Shown here: positions 1-10,469 of the stretch, piece after piece
Position numbering within the stretch: the first letter of the stretch is position 1
How the letters are laid out: each line of letters begins with the position of its first letter
NCBI GenBank assembly: GCA_951406725.2
Contig: OX597837.1
Location: 19,034,001-19,098,000, forward strand
Reading direction: 5' to 3'
DNA length: 64,000 nt
Source of the DNA: Octopus vulgaris
Lineage: Eukaryota
Translations under genes and position numbers: made by a program
Notes under the pieces: model-generated
The model's input: only the letters and a program-made list of their open reading frames with translations
Told to the model about the DNA's origin: nothing
The model's database searches: none

Positions 1-1198
1 AAACGATGGGCTTCTTTCAGCTTCTGTCTACCAACTCTACTCACCATGTGGGTAAAAAGTAAACTTCTTACCACACAAAATTGTAAGTACATTGAGAGAA
101 AAATTATAGGTATTATTTCAACCATTTTTTCATGTGTTTTTCTTCGAACATAAGCCTTTTGTGTTGGGGTGAAGAAATACTAGTTATGGTGTAATAAAAT
201 CCAGTCTTGAAACAAAAAATAAACTGGTTTCTTGTGATGACATTTAACCCTTTCCCTACCACTGTCTTATCTTTCTGCTTTAGCTATCGGGAACGTAGAA
301 GATAGGATTCTATTTTCCTCATCTGACGTCCAGTTTGCTATATCGTGAGATAAATCTAATTTCAAATCTTGTGTATTTTCTAATGGATTCAGTGGTTTAG
401 TTGATGGTATTGACATCGATGCGTTTTTCAAACTGGTACTTGTCAATACGACAAATTCATTTTTTGTTGTTGCAATGAGACGTAATTGAATGCATCATTT
501 AAAACCGGTAAACATGATGAGCGTCCACGTCTCACACATGGAGATCGAAACCGGGGCTGCGAGGATACAAATCGAGTTTCTTAAATATCTTTGTCGGTAA
601 AGCCGCTTTAATTAAATTTTCATTTCAGCCTAAAAAAAAAAATGTTCATGCTTATCTCCCCTTATAAATAAGTCAAAAGAGGGGAAACAACTCTGGGAAA
701 AAGGCAGCAAAATATCTTAAATAACAATTATAGAACATGTGAAGCTTGTTGACGGCTGTTTTGTCCAAAGGCTTTCTCTTTGGGTTCCATTCCTATATTC
801 ACCTAGCCCACCATTTAACGTGTTACTATGTTTGGTCTTTTTGCCTTTTCACTTTTCCTGTCATCACATTTAAGTCTTCATTTCCCTGTGTTGTAAAAAG
901 TTTTTCTAGTAGTTTCTGTTCGTCTAAAGACTCGTTTCTTACTCTGGCTCGATAGGATTCTTCAACATTTGCCTAAGGTGCCACATACTACAATAGTAAG
1001 TCCTTTCTACTTGTTTGCTGATGCTTTTGATAGCACCATTCTTAAGGATGGGTTCTGTACACACCTCTAGCACTCTTCCCCTCTCTCTTATCGAGTCATT
1101 TATTTGATGACATTGTGTAACAATTTTATTTTAGTTTTTCTGTTTGGTCAGTAAGTTGTCCTACTTGCTTTTATCTAGAAATACTTTTTTATGAATAT

Positions 1199-1370
1199 TC
1201 TATCTAAAACCCAATCAAAATGCCCGAAACTTGATACGCCAATTGGATGCTAGCTAGCTGTACGTGATTGGTCGGAGATTTGGACAGTATTCGCGTGTAT
1301 GTGCACACGCACGCAGCTGTATATGCATGCACTAGGTCTATGACCCGGCGTTGCTGGGTCATAGTGCTAG
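1199..1370 (+). mobile_element. Short Helitron-like element
   Basis: 12-bp hairpin ctatgacccggc-gtt-gctgggtcatag (1338-1364) followed by CTAG|T; candidate TC start near 1200. Confidence 0.5.
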
Positions 1371-2679
1371 TATACCATAAATGATCTTACTGAAAGCAGC
1401 TTTAGCCTGTCTGGTCATTGGCTTAGCTTTCTCCAAAGATACAACTCTTATAATCCATTTGCTGGCTTTCAGTATGAAGTTGGCCAGAATTTTCACTCCT
1501 TGCCACTGTAAACAACTGAACCCTTCACCTGTAGGTGACAAGAGAAGTGGTGTTGTCACTTTCTAAGGTGGCAAAAGTCTGTGCCCTAGTGGTTAGGCTG
1601 TTGGACTCATCATCATAAGGTCACTGAATGGCACATTGGGTCGGTCCTTCACCCCAAATTGCTTCAGTCCACTCAATTGAAAATGAGACATATCTGCTAC
1701 CAAGTGGTGTCTCACAGGCTTTCAGCCCCCAAATCTTGAAGATACAAGATATTAATGGAGTTGCAGCACACTGGATGAAGATGAAATCATCAATTAAGGA
1801 AAAGAAAGAAAAAAGTCTATTTGCTTTTGCACTTTTCAGACGAAGGGCAAGGGTCCTACTATGCTCAATTCTTAATCTTATGGTAACTGAACTTAATAAA
1901 CTTTCCTGCAACAAAGTTTAAACTGCTGATAGCCAGATACAAGAAGGAAATCAAGAGAGAAGATCCATAAGCAACAAACTCCTGTTGTCAAAGTAAAGAA
2001 AATTGTATTATTTACAGTGAAATGTTTATTTAAATGCTTTGAAACTGATATTTTATTAACAAATATCTTCATCTATACAGAAATTATGGATAATGGTAAT
2101 AGTGGGTGGGGAGTAGATAGACTTTAGTTTAAACCTGTTGTTGCTGTTAATCCAGTGAGATAAACAACACAACTAAGATTTTCCAAAACAAAAATTACAT
2201 TACATATTATAATCAGCTGTTTCAAGACAGAAAGACATGTCTTGAAATTGCGGCTGTTAAAATTGTTGCTCTTTATCTGTCTCCAACTGGAACTTTATCA
2301 TTTATATTGGCAAAACTAAAAAAGAAAGTGTTAAATACCAACACTAACCCTCCCCCTCCAGCTCCCAAAACATGAGTTGCATGCAAAAAAAAAAAGTATA
2401 AATTTTCCTATTCAAACTTGCCCTGTATATCAATAAGTGCAGAGTTGCTGCTATTCTTTTGTTACTATATGAAACACTCAACCGAATTGAGAGCCAACTG
2501 TATTACTTGTAGAATCAAAAGCAGTCTAATCCAGCCGCTAATAGGAGACATCATCACTTTTGTAAACAGGGAACTTACACAATTCCTTATAAAGATTTCT
2601 TCTGTGTTGTATAAAATTCAATATAACATGCATATGCTTGTATGTGTGTCCATATATATTCTAAACCATATATATTTTA

Positions 2680-2890
2680 GGGCGGCGAGCTGGCAGAAAC
2701 GTTAGCACGCCGGGCGAAATGCGTAGCCGTATTTCGTCTGCCATTACGTTCTGGGTTCAAATTCCACTGAGGTCGACTTAGCCTTTCATCCTTTCGGGGT
2801 TGATTAAATTAAGTACTGGGGTTGATGTAATAGACTTAATCCGTTTGTCCCCCCTCTGTGTTTAGCTCCTTGTAGGCAGTAAAGAAATAC
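2680..2890 (+). mobile_element. SINE family B with Meta/MESC-like core (other copies ~10590-10785, 11090-11405, 54786-55000, 55790-55930, 56670-56865 -, 58235-58520 -, 61660-61866 -)
   Basis: ggcggcgagctggcagaa head, gttcaaattcc B-box, gaggtcgact..gcctttcatcctttcgggg core; superfamily assignment from memory. Confidence 0.78.
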
Positions 2891-2897
2891 ATATTAA

Positions 2898-3113
2898 ACC
2901 TTTAGCATTCAGATTCCAATATCAAATGTAATATTTATTCACATTGTTGTGAATTAATCCAGTATTATCTCATAGCTTTGAGATTTCAATGATGTGATTG
3001 TGTATTTTTAGAATGACATTGTAGGGTAGGTGAGAGAGGCCAGATCTGGCTGGTTTGAACATAAAACAAGTAGAATATTTGGGCAGGAAATGGCCAGTTT
3101 AAATGCTAAACGG
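2898..3113. mobile_element. ~220-bp TTAA MITE (piggyBac-type); other copies ~13950-14102, 15292-15501, 22094-22309, 42005-42220
   Basis: TTAA-ccctttagcatt ... aatgctaaaggg-TTAA type termini and shared interior. Confidence 0.8.
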
Positions 3114-3401
3114 TTAAAGCAATTTTAAGAATTATTAATTATTATAATGGATTATTTACCAACAAGGAGGACTCAATATCTAAGTTGAATGATGTATAAT
3201 AAATTTTGACAAGGATTTCAACTTCCAGCTGATGATTTACTGAGTCAACATTGATAGTGTGTGGTGGGGTGGTGGTGGTGTGTGTGTGTGTGTGTGTGTG
3301 TGTGGTGTCATAGCATGGGAGGCAGAATTAATTAGAAGCCAAAATTTAATTTTTATCTGCTTTTACAACTTTGAATACTTGCAGCCCAATTTCAATGATC
3401 T

Positions 3402-3830
3402 CACGTTTGGATGGTTCTCTTACGTGCCACTGGCATCTCAGCTACAATTTCCATTGATGTTGAAAAATCAAAATCTTTCAACATTAATGGAAACTGTAGC
3501 TGAGATACCAGTGCCGGTGGCACGTAAGAGAACCATCTGAATGTGGCCGTTGCCAGCGCCGCCCCGATTGGCCTCCGTGCCGGTGGCACGTAAAAAGCAC
3601 CATCCAACCGTGGCCGTTTGCCAGCCTCATCTGGCACCTGTGCAGATGGCACATAAAAAGCACCCACTACACTCACGGAGTGGTTGGCGTTAGGAAGGGC
3701 ATCCAGCTGTAGAAACACTGCCAGATCAGACTGGGCCTTGCGCAGCCTTCTGGCTTCCCAGACCTCAGTCGAACCGTCCAACCCATGCTAGCATGGAAAA
3801 CGGACGTTAAACGATGATGATGATGATGAT
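3402..3830 (+). mobile_element. RTE 3'-tail copy with 5' fold-back inversion
   Basis: Same 3' UTR and (GAT)n; 3402-3465 is an inverted copy of 3476-3545. Confidence 0.88.
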
Positions 3831-5029
3831 TAACATTTTGTAGCTGCAGAGGACTAACAGAACTCTCTAATATAATCTTAGGGGATAGGTACAGATTTAA
3901 TTGGGGTTTTGCGCCCCTTTGAAAATTGTGTAATATTTAATACTGCTTCCCAACCACAATTTCAGGTTTACTCCCACTGCATGACACCTTGGGCAAGTGT
4001 CTACTATAGCCCTGGGCCAGCCAAAGCCTTGTGAGTGGATTTGGTAGACAGAAACTGAAAGACCCCCGCCCCCTCAAACACACACGTGTCTGTGTGTGTG
4101 TGTGTGTTCATGTTTGTCTCCCACCACAGTTTGACTGGTGTTGGTTTGTTTACATCCCCATGATTTATTGGTCTGGCAAAAGAAACCAATAGGAAAATTA
4201 ACAGAATTACCAAAAAAGAAGTTCTGGGGTTGATTTGTTTCACTAAAATTCTTCAAGGCAGTGCCCCAGCATGGCTGCAATCAAATGATTGAAATAAGTA
4301 GAAAATGAAAGATACAAACGCATGTGTGTGTGTGTGTGTATATATATATACACACACACATGTATATCAAGATATACATAATTTATAACCTAGATACAAT
4401 CTTTATAAACAGAGTTAATATAGTTGTTTCTCCATAGATTGAAAAAAAAAAGAAAAAAAGAACCTCAAACGATTTTCAAATGTTGGATTCTCATCAGAAG
4501 GGTTTACATCAATTTGACCAATTCTAAAGAGACAAGCAACCAATCTGTTTATATACTCAACAACTACAGTAGCTACAGAAAACTTGAGATATTAATTTGC
4601 ACATCATAAGTGTTAACACCTAATTTCTAAATATCAAAGGCCTATCAATGGGGATCTCAGTCCACAAAGTCTCAAGTTGTTCTCCATGTTTTTTCAGTAA
4701 TAAGGGTTCAATTGTTTGGTTGACTGAATTCCTTAACTCTGAATTCATGTGTAAGTGGATCAGCATTCCACAGCCACACGTACTTTTAAAGCAACTCTCA
4801 GACAGAATCACACTGTGACAGTGCGAAAAGGCTTTGCCTTTGGAATTACAACTACATTCCATTCATATACAGAATTCCACTCACAAGTTATAGGTCGACC
4901 TGACACCATAGATGGAAACATTTGCCCAAAATGCCTCAGTTGGATTAAAACCAACCCCTTGTGCTTGTGAAGTGAACTTCTTACCTGGTTGGCCATAAAG
5001 CGTCTTGATATATATATATATATCACGTG

Positions 5030-5333
5030 ATCATATGACTGACCAGGCTTTTAGATGTTGCTACACATCGCTGGTCACAATGCACTTTGCATTATTTCAG
5101 CCTTCAAATGACACCACCCCGCTTGGCTGAGCGAGCAGGCCAACAGAAGAAAGAGCGACAGAAAGCTGCAGCGAAAGAGTACAGCAAGGATTGCCACCAC
5201 CCACTGCCGAATCCTCTGGAGTTTTAGGTGTTTTCGCTCAATAAACACTCACATTACCCGGTCTAGGAATTGAAACCACAATCCTACAACTGCGAGTCCG
5301 CTGCCCTAACCACTGGACCATTGCACCTCCACA
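5030..5333 (-). mobile_element. tRNA-derived SINE family C (second copy ~53000-53392 -)
   Basis: Minus-strand head gtggaggtgcaatggtccagtggttagggcagcggactcg..ggtttcaattcc; body shared with 53200-53392. Confidence 0.78.
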
Positions 5334-5357
5334 TAAATATATATATATATATATATA

Positions 5358-5930
5358 CTTTATAAAAATAGGGTAAAGTAAAATAATTTACTTTACCACA
5401 CACCGAGCTCTTTAGAAATAGCAGCCAAAAATTTGGCTATTTCTTCTACTGCAAGAAAAAGTCTCCCAGACAATGCATACTCATAAATAGGTATAAGGGA
5501 AAAACAACGAAAGATCACATCCATATGAGATACCCGAGGACAGCCTGTTTCTGGATTAGTGGTTTAAACGCCAACATTTCCTTCATCAGCTCAGAGATTT
5601 CTTCTGATTTAGATTTGAAAGTACTAAGAATCAAACATACCCGTCCGATATAGGTAACACCGGACAAACCATGCCAGACCACCAGCACTAGCGAATCCAA
5701 AAATACAAATTTTGTAAAAATCTTCACAAGCTGCTACTCAGTTTCATGTTATCGATTGTCTGACAGTTGTGATCCTATAGTATGATCACAACCGTCTAAC
5801 AAACAGTAACGTCAAACTCTGATGAGCATTTGTGAAAACTTTTGCAACTTTAATAAAAGCATATTATTCTACCTTCGGCATTTGAGTACTGTTTCTTTTA
5901 CCATCCTGTTTTGCATTTATGTGTTTACTG
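5358..5930 (-). mobile_element. Non-autonomous Penelope-like (pLTR-type) cassette
   Basis: Bounded by (TA)n and (TG/TA)n runs; contains hammerhead at 5533-5595 and a second hairpin + GAAAC..GTA at 5733-5820; no credible ORF. Confidence 0.5.
5533..5595 (-). ncRNA. Type I hammerhead ribozyme motif (Penelope-type), intact core
   Basis: Minus strand reads ucugag-CUGAUGA-a gga..ucc a-GAAAC-aggcu-GUC-cucggg; stem I ucugag/cucggg (6 bp with G.U), short stem III. Confidence 0.7.
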
Positions 5931-6337
5931 GTGTGTGTGTTGTAAGTATATGCATACATATTATATATATACATATATATATATATATGGGATAGTCTGT
6001 ACAAAAAGGAAAAATAGAACTCAATACATAATGTAGAGTACATTAATTACAGATACATCAGTAATTCAACAGCCTAGAGACCTGTGTCAAACCTTTCGAC
6101 AATTGTGCTGGCACAGAATTCTTGTGTCTTGAGTTACTGGTGTAGTTTCTATGTTATCAATTAGATATAGGCGCAGGAGTGGCTGTGTGGTAAGAAGCCT
6201 ACTTCCCAACCACATGGTTCCAGGTTCAGTCTCATTGTGAGGCATCTTGAGCAAGTGACTTCTACTATAGACTTGGGGAAAACCAAAGCCGTGTGAGTGG
6301 ATTTGGTAAACGGAAACTGAAAGAAGCCCGTTGCATA

Positions 6338-6905
6338 TCATCATCATCGTTTAACGTCCGCTTTCCATGCTAGCATGGGTTGGACGGTTCAACTGGGGTC
6401 TGGCAAGCCCGAAGGCTGCACCAGGCCAGTCAGATCTGGCAGTGTTTCTACAGCTGGATGCCCTTCCTAACGCCAACCACTCCGAGAGTGTAGTGGGTGA
6501 TTTTATGTGCCACCGACACAGGTGCCAGACGAGGCTGGCAGACAGCCACGCTCGGATGGTGTTTTCTTATGTGCTACCGACACAGGTGCCAGACGAGGCT
6601 GGCGAACGGCCACGCTCGGATGGTGTTTGTTACGTGCCCTCAGCACGGAGGCCAGTCGATGCGGTACTGGCTACGGTCACGTTCGGATGGTTTTCTTGTG
6701 TGCCACTGGCACTGGTACCACAAAGATACAAATTCCATTGATGTTCATCGATTTTGATTTGGTTTGATTTGATTTGATTTTGATTTTCACTTGCCTCAAC
6801 AGGTTTTCACAAGTGTCACAAGAAGGAAGGTATGCACAGGTGGACTGACTACATCCCAGGTAGGGGCCACGGGTTATGGCTTCACTAGTCTTGCCGGGTC
6901 TTCTC
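6338..6905 (-). mobile_element. RTE 3'-tail copy inserted inside a tRNA-SINE
   Basis: (CAT)n then cgtttaacgtccgctttccatgctagcatggg; SINE head 6169-6335 and SINE tail ~6920-7130 flank it. Confidence 0.88.
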
Positions 6906-7410
6906 ACGTACAGCATACTTCCATATATATACACATATATGTATGTATTTGTTTGTTCTCCCACCATCGCTTGACAACTGATGTTGGTGTGTTTACATCT
7001 CCATAACTTAGCAATTTGGCAAAAGAGACTGATAGAATAATTACTAGGCTTACAAGAATTAGCCCTGGGATCATTTTGTTTGACTAAAGGTGGTGCTCCA
7101 CAGTCAAATGACTAAAAGGAGTAAAAGAATATATATACTCCCAATGTATGCAACTTTTCATTCCTTCATTCCTACAATAATCTTAAGATACATTGAATTT
7201 TTTAAATTGCACTGTTATTTCTCTTTTAATAACTTTCTCCTACCTCTGTTTATTCTTTATCTAATAAGAATAATATAATACACCTAATAATAATAATTGA
7301 CTCCTTTGTATGCTTATACATGTAAATGTATAGATATGTATTTATGTATATGTAAAGGTGTATATATGTATGTATTTATATTTATAACTTAACCTTATGA
7401 ACCTTCTAAA

Positions 7411-7529
7411 CTCTGACGAAGCCCAGAGGCACACTCAAGTACCTTAATCTTATCTACCAAATACTTCAGTTCACTGAAGGGATAGAAGTAAAGTGTGGTT
7501 GATGGCCACTTGGCTGAAACAGCTGTAAG
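7411..7529 (+). ncRNA. Type I hammerhead ribozyme motif with long stem-II insert
   Basis: cu-CUGACGA-agcc ...~88 nt... ggcu-GAAAC-AGCU-GUA-ag; palindromic AGCU loop III typical of Penelope minimal hammerheads; stem I short. Confidence 0.6.
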
Positions 7530-9585
7530 ATACTATCCTACCTTCTATGCTCTACGTTATATATTTTAACAACTACTAGTATTTTTACATTTTATATATT
7601 ATATACGTAAAGCATAATATGTTATACATGTATGTATATTGCTATAATTGTCTTTTTTAAAAAATAAATAAATAGACATAATATAATGTCTATAAGTTGA
7701 TGAACACCAACTATCAATCCCCTCCATTTTCTTATTGCTATATATATATATATATATATGCATGTATGTATTGCTATTATTGAATCTGCAAGAAATATTA
7801 TAAACAAAAGTGTACTCGATACATATCGTTTAGTAAATATATTTATTTTAATATAACTATTACATTATTATGTATATATATTTATATTTAATTCAAAGTT
7901 GAAGCTTCCCTCTCTCACTACTCAGATTTTGCATTTCCAAATACGATGTCACTTAGTGGAAGGATGTTGCTGTGTGTTAAAGAGTTAAACAAGGCCATTG
8001 CGTACACCTGCTGCCATCAAAACCAACCAATGGCGAGAAGCAGATCCGATGGAAGAAGACAATTGTGGTTCTCTGGTCTGGAATGGTTTCACAACCCAAA
8101 TGACTGAGACAAGAATTTAGCACCACGAGCTAAGAAAAACATGTCATTTTCAGTGTTCCCATTGTTTACCATAGCAAGTTGTTTTTGTTGTGTGGTAGCT
8201 ATTTGAAGCCATACAGAGTGAACCATGTGAAAGCTAAGTATCCGATGTTGCTAGAGGAGAGGTTGTGTATGTGTAAAGGTAGGAGAAAGGTCTGAATGTA
8301 TTGAAAATACAACTGTATACAGATAGATTAGCATTCACCTTTTCTCATTTTTGCTCTTTTATTTATACACACACACACAAACATATATATATAGACACAT
8401 CTACATAGACATACATTCATACATATAACACACATGCACATAAACTAACACTTGTCAATTGCAGTGCTGCCACTGATTACCACAGTGAGTTATTCCAGCA
8501 ATGTGGTACCGATTTACAGCCAAACAGACTGGGGCATCTTCTGAGATGTGTTTTATATTCAACTTCTAGGCTGTTTATTATTTTGTTAAATGAGAGTGGA
8601 AAGTGCAGGGCCTGAAACCCTATAGCTTCTGAGGACCTTCCTTTTATCCCACCAATATTCTCAGGCAAGAGGAAAGGAAGACGTCATCCTCAAAGCAGAC
8701 CTCGTCCAAATCTTTACAACATGCTATATTCTGCTAAAGGTCTCCAAGGATTGTTGAGGAGTGTTAAACTGGGCAACACATTAAAGGTCAACCACACAAG
8801 AATTAAGGATGCAAAGACACAAATAAATACCACTAGGGACCTGCCAATCCACTTGACTGGTATTTTATTTTATGAATCTTCAAAAGAATTTTGACCCCAG
8901 CAGGAAATGAATTCAAAGGGTCAGAGAAAATACCACAAGGCATTTGTCCTACACCCAAATAAGTTTGTCAATTCATCATGTCAGTTACTCCCATGCAATA
9001 TGGTCATCTGAATGGGTGTGCGACATGTAAATAATAGCTGATGCTTCTATAGTGCTAAGCTAACAAGTAACTGTATACTAAACACACAGCCTCTCTACAC
9101 CACACCACAATATGTGTCAGCAAACACAGCATGGGAAATCTGCATTCCAATATATTTATACAGTGTTTGACAAATAATAAAGCATTGTCTTTTTTTCCTT
9201 TGTTTTTAAAACTGACTAAATAAGGTCAGAAAATACAAATTTCATTTTTTTTTTATTAACATAATAGAATTAAAGAGAAGAGGAGTGAGGTGGGAGTAAA
9301 ATATATGGATTTATTCTTTTGATAAGAACCACCCAGTGTAAGGAGAGAGTCTGATTGTATGTATAATTGTATGTGTGTGTGTGTGTGTATATATATGTAG
9401 GTGCTTGTGTCAGTCACTTGTGGGTTGCAAAAGGTTCTCCTTTGGTTGGGTGATTAAACCAAGCCATCGGCACCGAGGTGGAATTCGAACTCAGAATGCA
9501 AAGTGCTGGAACAGACAGCATTAAGCATTTGATTTGATGTCCAAAACACTCAGCCACTTTATCCTGTGTGTGTGTGTGTGTGTGC

Positions 9586-9619
<34 letters not shown>

Positions 9620-10379
9620 GCAGAGAAACAAATATTGTTCTCTTTCTCATGTGTGTGTGTGTGTATGATAGCTATCATTACTGCTTATAGAAATAAGCAA
9701 GAATTGCACATTTCTACAAAGGGGGTGCAACTAATAACAAAATAATTGAAAATTAGCCAATGAATAAATTATGCAGTTCAGTTTATTATCATCATCATCA
9801 TGATTATTAATGTTGCTGTTATTATTATTACAAAAATCATTATAAAATAAATAAATCAACATTGTTATAATCTACCCAGTTCGAATGATTTGAGTGTTCT
9901 ACATGAGTGAAACAAGATATTTAATATAATGTCCATTTCAATTTGTTCTGGACAGAGCAAATATACTGAGGATTAGAAGAACAAACTATAATCTGTCTGT
10001 GTGTGTGCGTATGCATGCGCGAGTAGTTTCAAAACAGAATTTAACAAAGGTTAAAAATGTTAAAAAGTTTTTTTGTCTGTAGGATGCAGAAGTTTAGGGG
10101 GAAAAGGGTTGGGGGGGCGGGATGGGGGTTGAACCAGTAACAATTTAAATAAAAAAAATCTGTAATAATGTGTTATATAAAGAAACAGAAATATGCCTGT
10201 TCACTTTCGTTTGTTTAATGTCCCCCCCACCCCTTGATCATCAAATCTTATGCTGATAAGAAACAAAACAGAAATATAAAAGAAAAGAATCGAAGGCAAT
10301 ATAAATAAAAGACCATTTGAGAATCTGGTAGAGGTTTCTTGGGCCCTAGTTGTTGTTGTTGTTGCAGTTGGAAGAAAAT

Positions 10380-10469
10380 TTATGTGAGTGCCGGTAGACC
10401 GGCCTTCTCACGACACTTCTGAATTATGGCACGCAGCATGAATTGGTGTCGTGACAACTCACGGACTTG
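10380..10469 (-). CDS. TSG101: TSG101 last coding exon (QVRELSRHQFMLRAIIQKCREKAGLPALT*)
   Basis: 90 nt incl. TAA; TTTTCCCACAG acceptor; aligns with HVRLLSRKQFQLRALMQKARKTAGL. Confidence 0.96.
   Translation of the reverse strand, partial: QVRELSRHQFMLRAIIQKCREKAGLPALT

Noticed and set aside
5255-5333. tRNA gene (also 6169-6240, 53320-53392)
   Set aside because: A/B boxes continue into shared SINE bodies; no clean cloverleaf
5515-5727. 70-aa ORF containing YIG as possible GIY-YIG nuclease
   Set aside because: Lacks the other motifs; the same bases are better explained by the hammerhead fold
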